This document shows positions 22,199 to 34,232 of a stretch of 64,000 nt of DNA, one piece after another. The position numbers were made by a program, and so were the translations under genes. Source of the DNA: Piromyces finnis finn. Its lineage: Eukaryota > Fungi > Neocallimastigomycota. The number at the start of each line of letters is the position of its first letter. Within the stretch, counting starts at the first letter, position 1. Under the pieces are notes generated by a model. The model saw nothing but the letters and a program-made list of their open reading frames with translations, was not told the DNA's origin and did not search any database. The stretch covers positions 682,001 to 746,000 of the forward strand of contig MCFH01000007.1 of assembly GCA_002104945.1 (NCBI GenBank). The letters run 5' to 3'.

Positions 22199-25100
22199 GC
22201 ATTTTTTTGTCCCATAGCAAACTTTGATTAATGAAGCCAGGTTCCACTAGAATTCAAATTCAATTATTATATTCAAATATTCAAGAATAATGAACCTTCA
22301 CTATTTACTAGGATCATATTATATGATATGTCCATTTTCTTATTCGTTTATTTTTAATTAGGTTTATTTATTAAATTTTTATTTTTTAATTTTTAAATAC
22401 ATATATATTTTAATTTTAATTAAAATAAAGACTTTAAAATATGTGCTATCGTTAAAAAAAATAAAAAAAATAATAAAACTTTATATAAATTTATATTTAG
22501 TTTTTAAATTATAAGACTTTCATCAATATACCAATAATAGCAGGAATATATAGTGGATTGTATTATTTCTTATCTGATTAATCATATTCCTAAATTTAAA
22601 TATATATATATATATATAGTACAAATTATATAGAGCTATTAATAAAAAAAAAAAGTTAAAGAAACATGAAAATGTTAAAACAGTTAGGCACATTAAATAC
22701 TAGAGTTACTAAATTATTTAATCTAATTTTTGTCGCAATAATATTATTATTAATTATACTGGGAGTATTAATAATATTAATAAAAATAATGGAATAATTA
22801 ATACTCTTGGTTTTTTAAAGATTTTATTTCTAAAATCTTAGTATATATATATTAAAAAAAAAATATTAATATATTTTTGTTTATTGAAAAAGAAAAAATC
22901 GATGACTATTAAGAAACTAACAATATAAACAAGGATAAAAAAAATAGTAATAATATCAATGATAATTTTTTTAAATTCAAATAGTTTTGTTAATACAAAT
23001 AAACTATTAGTTAATTAGTTAATTAGTTAATAATTTAAGAAATTTTTTTTTTTTAGATGAAAAGAATAGGAAGATGAAATAAGCTCTTAAAATATCGAGG
23101 TAAACCGATATTTCTTTAAAATAATAATTATTATCTTCACTCTTAAAATAAAAGAAAAAGAAAAAAGAATGAATTATACCATTTTAATCAAGATATGTAT
23201 TATGTATTATAGTGTTGTATTTAAAAATAACACCAAATACAATAAATTTATAAACTATATTCATATCCTTACATGTAAATTAATATTCAAATGCAATGAT
23301 AATATTATTTCATTAATTTTGAATTAAAAATACTAAAAGAAACATAAATAGAATAAATACAAAGTTAAATTTTAAAAATAAAAGCTTTATAAAAAAATAG
23401 TTTTTTTTTAAACATAATTGACAATTCAAAAGATTTAAATTTTATTAAGAAAAAAATATTATAAAAGCATAAATATTAAATAATTTATTAATATTGTTAA
23501 TCATGTTATAGTAAACAATACAATATCTCTAATTTCATTTACTGTTTTTGTTATATGCAAAATTTTTAGTATTAACAGAGTGTTTAATACATATTGCTAT
23601 TTTCAAAATTCATTGTATTTAAATAATGCTTAATTTGTAATGTTTTGCACAAAAACTATTAAATTAGAAATTTATTTTATTATGTTCAAAATTCATAATA
23701 TTAAAAGGTTATTTAATTTATCTTTGTAATTTTTAATAAAAATGTTTCTATTAATTCAAAATTCATAATATTTAAAAGACATTGAATTTATTTTTGTAAT
23801 TTTTCAGAAAATGTTTTTGTTAAATTCAAATTAACCATTCATAAGATATCAATATTACCTAACATTCAATACAATTTATAATATGATTTTATAGAAAAAC
23901 TTTATTTTTATATTTCTTTTTTTTTTCTCTCTCTTTTCAAATAGGAAATGTAATACATGAAAATTTAAACAGGTGTTGCGGGAATAATCATTGAAATCAA
24001 GTACGAATATCACTTTTGAAATTGAGGTTATTCAAAATATTTATATATATATATCATTATATAAATAATAATTTCAATAATGAAACTTTTCTATGGAACT
24101 TTTGTAAAATCATAAATATTGAATGTTTATCATCACTCCACTTAGTCTTGGTTTTATTAATTTTCTGAATTCAATTAAGTATTAAATCATATTTTCTTTT
24201 TGAATTTAATACTTAAATTTATATATATTGTTTTATTATATTTTTATTATATTCCTTATATTTATTATTCTAGTTTCTATCATACACTTTTTAATATCAA
24301 TATAATTTTGTAAATGAATATATTTTAATAAATGATTAATATTTTTAATAAAAACTTTTATATTGAAACATTTATGTAATATATATATATAAAAAAAAAA
24401 GTTTATTATAAAAAATGATTTATCTTTTAGATTTTAGATTTCTTGCCTATTTAATTTCTGCCATTTTCTAAAATTCTACTATTGCTTTCATCTTGGTTTA
24501 GTGTCTTCATTATTCTAATATAAATTGTTGAAAGATAGTAATAATAAATCTGTATTTATTGTACATAATATTTAGTTAACTTCTTTTTTTTTTGTTATAA
24601 AATAAAAAAAAAATAATTATTTTAAAACTCACCTCGAATAATAAAGCAATAATAAAAGATATTATAAAAAGAATTAATCTCAAGCTACTATTTATATTAA
24701 TAATTATAATATATATCATTTCAAAAATTTCATGGATTAAATAGAATATAAAAACAATTTTGAATGAAGAGGTTTTATTATATTTTCCTTTTATTATATT
24801 TGATTTTAATTAATTTTGTATTAATATTAATAATAAGTTAGATTTTTCTTTTATTTTTATTTTTAATATTTAAATGAATTACTTTTTTTAGTCTAAACAA
24901 ATTTTTATATATTGAATTAATTATTACTCACAAATATAACAGAATACATAATTAACAATATGTATAATATCATAAGCACATTAAATAAAATTGAATATAT
25001 ATTTATATTGAATATTATTATACGTATAACATTGAGTAACTAATATTTATAAAGAGTAAATTATATACAAGATTGTTAGATTGTTGGTTAATATTATGAT

Positions 25101-25962
25101 TTTCATATACAATATTAAATCACGAAGTGGTTAAATACTTGATAGTTACAATAAATATAATAGATAATAGTATAAGGATTGATTTTTTAGAAATGCCACA
25201 AATATTAAGTTCCTTCATTTTGTGTTATTTAATTTAGATATAATAATTTTATTTTGTTTTATTTTTATAATTTTACTTTGTTTATTTATATATAATTATT
25301 CATTCGTATGTTTATACCGATATTTTAAATATAAAAAGAAAAAATAAAAAAAAAATGTTTTTCTTAAAAAATATAAACTTTAAATATTATTAAAATAAAT
25401 TCTAATTTATTTGTAATGCTTATTTGATGATTCAGGTGGTACAAAATTTTTTAAATTAAAATATTATCAAAAATTATATTAATAAGAATATGAATTTGTT
25501 ATTTATTTATTTATTTGCTACTACTTCAATATAGCTTTTTAATTCATAAACATCTTTTTGTATAATATATAAATATAAATAACAACAACACATCAATGTT
25601 ATTATTTTTGAAATAAAAAAATTAAAAATAAAAAGATTATATAAAATAAATCATTTTTTAAAAAGAAAAAAAAGTGAATTTCATTGAGAAAACTTTTTTT
25701 AATTAAAATAGAAAAATTCAATTAATGAAAAGGGTTAGAAAAATGACAGTGTAACCTGACCATTGTTATTATTTAAATTTAAAAAAATGGTCATCTTTAC
25801 CATTTCTATAAATAATATTACTTGTAATATTATTACTACTAATAATGGGGTTATTATTATCTCTAATAATATTACTATTATTTTTTACTATTATTAATTA
25901 AAAAAACAACTATTTTAATGATTTTTTGTTATGACTTGAAAATTTGGATTAATTTAGTTTAT

Positions 25963-28365
25963 TTTTTTTTTTTTTAGACTAGGAAGAGAATATACATCTT
26001 TTATTTATTTACTTATTTAATTAGTGATATTATATAATATTAGGTGATAATACATATTGATATTGATATAATAAATAATAAATAAAAATAATAAAATATA
26101 TATAAATAAAAATATAAATATAAAAAAATATAAAATAATTATTTAAGTTGCATAAAAGTTCAATGAACTCTACAATTTGTACTGTGTGGGATTGGTCCCT
26201 ACCTAATAAATTAAATGAAATAAAAAAAAGAAGTAACATCAGGTATGATAGTGTGGTGTCCACTAAACTCTCCCATGAGCTCATAATGTTTTCATTCGAA
26301 TTTGAGGAAATACTAACATTGAACCCTGTGTACGGAACATTGGAAATGTTCCTTTGCCATATCAGTACGACGTCGGCGCTCTTGATTACGTTAGGTGTCT
26401 TACTAAACCTATCAAAAAGTAGCTTCATAGAGCTACTAATGATAGGGATTGTTTTAGTAAGAAAAGCCGCGAGACCCTCTACATATGGAACATGAGACCC
26501 CGATGAACTGTAAAGCTGTTCATTCAAATGTCTTTGTTCCGCCTTATCGATTTGTAGCTCATCATAAGCTAAAGTTCCACCAAGAAGGAACGTAAAAATA
26601 TAGTTATAAATTGTTTTTCTTACTTCCGTTTCGGGGAGTAAGTATGTGATGAATTGATTCTTATATTTATTGTAAAAAAGGGTAAAAAGATCGTCAAGAA
26701 AGCTAAGTGAAGAAGCTCTGTATTCAGAGAATGCAGAACATTCTAATATCCAATGATAAAAAGATTGTTCGTCATATCCGCAACATGGACTGACACGAGG
26801 GCAGTCAGGAGTAACTCTATTACTGGCAATAGCAATTCGGGTAGTATTTTCATAACCGCATCGAATACGAATAATCCAGGTAATTCCTAAATTTAAGTAA
26901 GGTTTGTTGAGACCGATATGCATTAGGCGATTTGAATTAAGGAATTTGTTGTTAGTATATCTGAGGGCTTTACTTCCATTATTTAAGCTACTATTATTCC
27001 AATAATGTTCTCTAATATCTTTAGTACTTTTAATATTAATTTTCATAAGCTTCTTATGTAGTGAATAAGATTCTTTGGCCCAAGAGTAATGAGACATGGG
27101 AGGAATAGATCGGACGAGATCTTTAATAATACAATTTGATTTTCTCCATTTAACAAAGCATTTCAATTGTTGCGCAGCACAAATACCTGAAAGGGTAGGA
27201 ATCTTCATATCTCTTGTAAGAGCATACAGACTAATAAATGAATTTCGTTCAAAAACAAAATCTTTGTTATTAAAACTTTTATTGTGAAAGCTATTGACAC
27301 TCCATAAAACAGCAGTATTGGTAAGAGATTGGACTCTTCTAGTTCTATTTTTGTTGGAACCAAGTAAAGGAGCATAATAAGAGACTTTGCTTAAAATATA
27401 AGAATGAATTACTATATTTTTTAAGCCAATAGGAACACAATTGTTGGTGAGGAAGTTCCTAAAAGAGAATAAAGATTTCTGAACTTTTTTGTACATACTA
27501 GACAGAATAGGAGTCAGAGAAAGATCTTCGTCGAATGGGATTCCAAGATAAGTATAACAAGAAACCTTTGGAAATGAGTACATACCGATGTAAAATGTTG
27601 GGTCGACATAACTAGGGGATCTATTAAAGTTAATAGGTTTAACAACAATAGTTGCACATTTATTTATTCCAAGAGACATTTTATTTAAATTAGCCCAATC
27701 AAGGACTAGATTGAGCATCTTTTGAAGGTTCTTCTTACTAGGAGCAATCAAAACAATGTCATCAGCGAAAAGGCCACCACAACAACGTTTATTTCCTAAG
27801 CTAACTCCAAGCCTTTCACATTTATTTAAAATATCATTGATAAAGAGGTTAAAAAGTATAGGAGAAAGAGGACATCCTTGTCTTACACCACGGTTTATAG
27901 GGAATTTATTGGAAAGCATATCCAAAAAACGTGCACGAGCTTTAGAGGTAGAGTAGAGATTATTGAGAAAATCAAAACATTTACCACGTATACCTAATTT
28001 ATATAACTTTGTAAGGATATTAAAAATAGGAACTGAGTCGTATGCTTTTTTAAGTTCTAGAAAGGCGACATAAGTGACTTTTCCTTTAAATTTTCTTCTT
28101 TGACAGAATTCTCTAATGGAAACAAATAAGCTAATACATTCTTCTTTATTGCGAAAACCAAATTGTTCAGATCTTATAAAATTATGAAGAAGAGCATACT
28201 TTGAAATTCTATCAGTTAAAATTTTTGAAATGATTTTAAGACCTACATTGATGAGAGAAATACCACGATAATTATTACAGTCTGAAAGATCGCCTTTCTT
28301 TGGAATAGAAACAATGGAAGCAGAGTTCCATTTCAAAGGAAAGGAACCATTCCTAATTTTATTAA
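25963..28365 (-). mobile_element. 5'-truncated non-LTR retrotransposon (LINE family A) with poly(A) tail and 15-bp TSD
   Basis: ATTAATTTAGTTTAT at 25948-25962 and 28366-28380 brackets the element. A poly(T) on the + strand ends at 25975. Contains the RT ORF. Confidence 0.92.
26030..28336 (-). pseudogene. LINE ORF2 fragment: RT domain plus C-terminal Cys/His zinc finger, no endonuclease
   Basis: Motifs IVSIPKKGDLSDCNNYRGISL, QFGFR, FLELKKAYDSV, GVRQGCPLSPILFNLFIND, FADD, YLGIPF and PCC...HWILEC. The listed start is a TTG at the truncation, not a true start. Confidence 0.9.
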
Positions 28366-29486
28366 ATTAATTTAGTTTATAAGTATTAAGTTTTCTTTTT
28401 TTTTTTTTTGGAAAGAAATTTATATTAATTTCTATCAGAAACTAGCAACAATGCATAGAATTTAAATAGCATATACTTCACACGTTGTTTCTATTATGAT
28501 TTTAAACAATAATAACTAAAAATATTAAAAAACAAATAATCTATAGTATTTATCTTGAAGTTAAATTTAAAATATGTAATAACAAACTAATCTTGTAAAA
28601 AAATAGTTATATTATTATTTTTAAAGTGAAAAGATGTAGAAAAATAAAGTAATTTATTATAAATAAAATATTCAATATAACTAACTAACTAACTAACTAA
28701 ATAAATATTTAACAGAAAAATAAAGTAAAAAAAGTCAACTAATAGTAATGACTTTCTTTTTTTTTTAAAATATTTATTTTAAATAGCATTTTGTTTTTAT
28801 TTTTATTTTTAATAGATTTTTATTTAATTTAATATCTTTTTTTTTTTTTTGTTTGGTTTTTAACAAGTGAAAAGCTTTTTTTTTTGTATACTAATAAATT
28901 TAATTGGCAATATTTCAATATCCCCTTACTACTTTTAAACCAAAGAAAAAAAAGAAAAAAGGCATTATAAATTAAAAGATAATAACACACACCTAAAAAA
29001 GGTGATTTTTCAAAAAAAAAAAAAAAAAAAAAATTATTAAATTCTATGGAAAAAAAATATAAATATATATTTATAATAAAAGATTTAAAAAAGGAAAATA
29101 GAAAATTCGAAAATTCAATAATATTTAAGTGATTTGAAAAATTAATGATTATCCTAGATTTTTGGCGCTATTAGCCAGACTTTTTGGCCAAAAAATTATA
29201 ATAGTATTAAAACCTGACCTGTATGACCTTAATCTCATCCATTTTAGTTTTAAGTTAATAAAAATATAGAATTTTGAAGGTCAAATAATCCTTTTTTTTT
29301 TATATATTAAATTTAATTGAATTTTATTACTTTTTTTTATATATTAAATTTTTAAAGATTTTTTATACAATGATTATAACATAATTACATTTAATATAAA
29401 TATTATTTTATATAATAATAATTATACACATATTTTTTTTATTTCTTATTCTATAATTATTTTTTTGGTATTAAAATGTTTATTGT

Positions 29487-31463
29487 TTATTCTTGTTCGA
29501 CATTTTCAGTGAACCATTCAGCAAGGTATGTAAGAGAATCCTTTGGAATACGAGTAAGTTCCTTGTCATTGTAGAAGTCAATGTAGGTCATACCGAAACG
29601 AGTTTCGTAACCGTTTTCCCATTCAAAGTTATCAATTAAAGACCAGGCCATGTAACCACGGACATCAACACCATCTTCGACATAGGCAAGACGAAGGTTT
29701 TCAAGGTATTGCTTGTACCAGTCAATTCTGTAAGTATCGTGGAGAATGGTTCCTTCAATGTTGCTTTCATCTTCAATAATAGATTCATCGTAAGCATCAG
29801 CATATTCTTCCTTACCAATGGACTTGAAGTAGTCAATGGTAACTTGATCATTGGCACGACTAACCTTGTAGTTTGGTTGAGCACAACCGTTTTCGGTAAT
29901 AATGATACCGTTCTTAAGAATGCTCTTGTAACGGTTGTATAACCAGTTAAGACCAACACGAATAGTTGGACCATACTTGGTGTTCCATGATGAACCGGCT
30001 TGTGAACCAAGAGTTGGTGGAATACAAACCCATCCTGGAGCACGGCCTCTACAGTTATCATCCCACATATCCTTCTTGGAGTTTTCGTAGCTGGCTTCTT
30101 CTTCAGTTGGTGGTTCAATGAGTTTACCATCTTCATCCTTGGCTTGTTCAGCCCAGTGAGCAGTGTAGGTGTTCCAACCTAAGAAGTCGGATGATGATCC
30201 CTTTAAGAGCTTCTTTTCTTCAGCTGTGAAGACTGGCATATCCTTACCCATTCTTTGCTTGACGGATTCTGGGTAGTCACCAGTCATTGGTGGATCAGAG
30301 TACCAACCAATACGGAATTCAGCGGCTAAGTTGGCGTACTTCTTGTTGTTTTCTAATTCTTCTGGTGTGGTGTTTTCATCTTCCCATGGAATTTGAGCTT
30401 CACCATCAACGGTAATACCAATAAGACCCTTTTGCTTCTTTTGGAACTTCTTACGGTAAACATTGACAGCCTTAGCGTGGGCAATAAGAATGTTGTGTGA
30501 ACACCAGACTTCTTCTAATCTTTGTGGAGCACGGTCAGCTGGAAGAACTTCTGCTCCCTTGTAGTATTGAGATGGACCAATTTCGTAGGAACAACCTCCT
30601 TCTAAATCAAGTCCAGTAGTGTCGTTTTGGAGCTTACGTGGTGCTTCACCAGTACATCTGTATGGAGCTTTACCTGGTCCATTCTTGTAACCACCAACAC
30701 AGTTAACCCATGGTTCGTTAATGGTGATCCATCCCTTAACACGGTCACCAAAACGTTCGAAACAGAATTCGGCGTATTTGGCGAAATCATCTTGTGAACG
30801 GTAATCTAACCAACCACCGTACTTTTCGTGAAGAGCATATGGAAGATCCCAGTGGTAAAGAGTAGCTAATGGAGTAATGTCGTTTTCAATAAGAGTATCG
30901 ATCATCATATCGTAGTATTCGGCACCCTTTTCGTTAACATTCCATTTACCGTTAACCTTCTTAGCAACACCATCTGGGAAAAGACGAGACCATGAGATGG
31001 AGAAACGGTAGTGGTTAGCCTTCATGATTTTCATCATTTTAACATCTTCGTCGAACTTGTGGTATGAATCACAAGCAACATTACCATTAGTGGAATCTGG
31101 ATTAGTTCTGTCACCAGATTCGACGTTCTTTGGGTAAAGATGGGTGAAGTAATCCCAAACGGATTCACCACGACCATCGGTATCCCAAGCACCTTCAACT
31201 TGGTAAGCAGCGGTAGCAGCACCCCACTTGAAACTAGCTGGGAGTTTACCCTTTGGAGCTTCAGCATCAGACTTTTCATCGGCGGAGTCAATGTCATCGG
31301 CAATTGGTTCATCAACATTAGCAGCTTCATCATCAGAAGCAATGTTACCATCGGCAGCTGGAGCGTTAACATCAGTGGTAACATCATCAGCTGGAGCCTT
31401 GACAATACATTTCTTAGCGGCAGTAACAGCTAATAAAGTAGTGAAAATAGTAAGAGACTTCAT
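29487..31463 (-). CDS. cel1A: Secreted GH1 beta-glucosidase, copy 5, 658 aa
   Basis: Protein identical to copy 1. Confidence 0.95.
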   Translation of the reverse strand: MKSLTIFTTLLAVTAAKKCIVKAPADDVTTDVNAPAADGNIASDDEAANVDEPIADDIDSADEKSDAEAPKGKLPASFKWGAATAAYQVEGAWDTDGRGESVWDYFTHLYPKNVESGDRTNPDSTNGNVACDSYHKFDEDVKMMKIMKANHYRFSISWSRLFPDGVAKKVNGKWNVNEKGAEYYDMMIDTLIENDITPLATLYHWDLPYALHEKYGGWLDYRSQDDFAKYAEFCFERFGDRVKGWITINEPWVNCVGGYKNGPGKAPYRCTGEAPRKLQNDTTGLDLEGGCSYEIGPSQYYKGAEVLPADRAPQRLEEVWCSHNILIAHAKAVNVYRKKFQKKQKGLIGITVDGEAQIPWEDENTTPEELENNKKYANLAAEFRIGWYSDPPMTGDYPESVKQRMGKDMPVFTAEEKKLLKGSSSDFLGWNTYTAHWAEQAKDEDGKLIEPPTEEEASYENSKKDMWDDNCRGRAPGWVCIPPTLGSQAGSSWNTKYGPTIRVGLNWLYNRYKSILKNGIIITENGCAQPNYKVSRANDQVTIDYFKSIGKEEYADAYDESIIEDESNIEGTILHDTYRIDWYKQYLENLRLAYVEDGVDVRGYMAWSLIDNFEWENGYETRFGMTYIDFYNDKELTRIPKDSLTYLAEWFTENVEQE

Positions 31464-34232
31464 TTTTGTATATTTTATGTATTTTATTTTAAATGAATTA
31501 TTTTATATATTATGTATTATATATTATTATATATTATTTATTATTTATTATTTAATATAATTTTAAATATCTTAAAATAAACTTAGATTAATATCTATTT
31601 TATTTTATTTATTATTTTATTTTATTTTTTTTTTTTGATAATAATTTTATAATATTTCTATGAATGAATTATGAAATTCTATATAAAGAATATTATTTTA
31701 TAAAATTATAATGAAGAAAAAAAATAAAAATAGGAAAAATGATGAATATTTATATGTATTTTTTTTGGTAATAATGTATAATACTAATGATTAATAGAAT
31801 AATAGTATATGAATATACAATAGTATATACGTATATACAATATATAATAGTAAAAAAATATAATTATGATTTATTAATTATTTATTAAGAATTTATATTC
31901 TATTTATTATTTATTAACCCTTTTTTTTTATATTATTATTATTTAAATCTAACTATAATAAATAACAATATTTAATAGTTAATCATTATGGTTTTAATAT
32001 TTTAAATGTGACATTAGCATATTAACCACCACCACCATCCTTTAAATTTTATTAAATATTTACAATGAAATAATATAAAATGAAAATTGAATCATTTTAA
32101 TGGTCAACTCTGTTAAATATAAAATAAAATATAAAATAAAATAATTTGCTAAAAATAAATTAGTTTTAAACCTCTTTCAATATAAAAGTTCAACAAATTT
32201 TAATATTTTAAAATAAGGTATGATTTGTTAAAACATTATTCTATAATATTTTTTATACTTTATCTTTACTAGTATTATATATATATATATTTTTTATTTA
32301 ATTCATTTAATCGTATCTTTACTAGTATTATATATATATATATATTTTATTTAATTCATTTAATCGTTAATTAAATAATAATTATATTTTTTCCCTCTTA
32401 AAACCTAAAATTTTGAGAAATTTTCAAATATATCATTTCATTTATAATAAAGATATTTTATTTATTAATATTTTTTTCTTCTTAAATACTATATAGTATT
32501 AATAGTATTAATATTTAATATTAATGAAATATATAATCAGTTTTATTTAAATTTTTTTATATTTTAATCATTTTTAAAAAAAAAAACAACATATAATTGA
32601 TATTATAAGAAAGAAATGATATTAATTGTTCATTTTGGAATACAAAATATAAAAGTAAGCACAAAAAATAATTAAAATAACAATATTATAATGTAAATTG
32701 TTTTAAAAAACAATAATTTTTTCATTTTTTAATTAAATAATAATATTGTTATTAAAGGAATTAAAATATTTTAATTATTTTATAGTGTAACATAGAAAAA
32801 TATTAATTGAAACAAAAGCTTTTTACTTATAATAATATTATTAAATTAATATTTCAAAAGGTACAATTTTTATTTAACTTTAGGTAACAGTGTTATCTAA
32901 TTTATTTTTAAGTTTCTTTTTCTGTATTTTATTAAATATAAAAGTTTAATATATAAACAGGATTTCATTGGTAGTGATTATTGAACTAATATTAACACTT
33001 GTTGAACTAACATTAACAGTATTGGGATATTGTACAAATATACTCATCATATTATGTCTAACTATTTTATGCATTAAAAAAAATTAATAATTAAATGTAA
33101 TACTCATTTAAGTAATACTATAGAATAATAGTTTATATAGGAACATCATAAAAAAATAAAAATATAAAAGTATTTTATTTTTCAATTATACCGCAATTAT
33201 TAAGAAGAGGTAAAAATATTTTAATGACCGCATTAAATAATTTCAAAAAATATTATTTTTTACAATTATTTCTTTTATTTAATTTCCTTTTTAGTTAAAT
33301 ATTTGAATATATTTTTTAAATTTTTCAAGGTTAAGGATTAAAAGATTTAATTACCTTCTTTTATTTAATTATTATTTAATTAACGATTAAATGAATTAAA
33401 TAAAAAATATATATATATATAATACTAGTAAAGATAAAGTATAAAAAATATTATAGAATAATGTTTTAACAAATCATACCTTATTTTAAAATATTAAAAT
33501 TTGTTGAACTTTTATATTGAAAGAGGTTTAAAACTAATTTATTTTTAGCAAATTATTTTATTTTATATTTTATTTTATATTTAACAGAGTTGACCATTAA
33601 AATGATTCAATTTTCATTTTATATTATTTCATTGTAAATATTTAATAAAATTTAAAGGATGGTGGTGGTGGTTAATATGCTAATGTCACATTTAAAATAT
33701 TAAAACCATAATGATTAACTATTAAATATTGTTATTTATTATAGTTAGATTTAAATAATAATAATATAAAAAAAAAGGGTTAATAAATAATAAATAGAAT
33801 ATAAATTCTTAATAAATAATTAATAAATCATAATTATATTTTTTTACTATTATATATTGTATATACGTATATACTATTGTATATTCATATACTATTATTC
33901 TATTAATCATTAGTATTATACATTATTACCAAAAAAAATACATATAAATATTCATCATTTTTCCTATTTTTATTTTTTTTCTTCATTATAATTTTATAAA
34001 ATAATATTCTTTATATAGAATTTCATAATTCATTCATAGAAATATTATAAAATTATTATCAAAAAAAAAAATAAAATAAAATAATAAATAAAATAAAATA
34101 GATATTAATCTAAGTTTATTTTAAGATATTTAAAATTATATTAAATAATAAATAATAAATAATATATAATAATATATAATACATAATATATAAAATAATT
34201 CATTTAAAATAAAATACATAAAATATACAAAA

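Noticed and set aside
22200-25900. Slightly GC-richer patches (about 22200-22350, 23940-24040, 24420-24530) that might be decayed exons
   Set aside because: All frames are interrupted by stops and no recognisable motif emerged.
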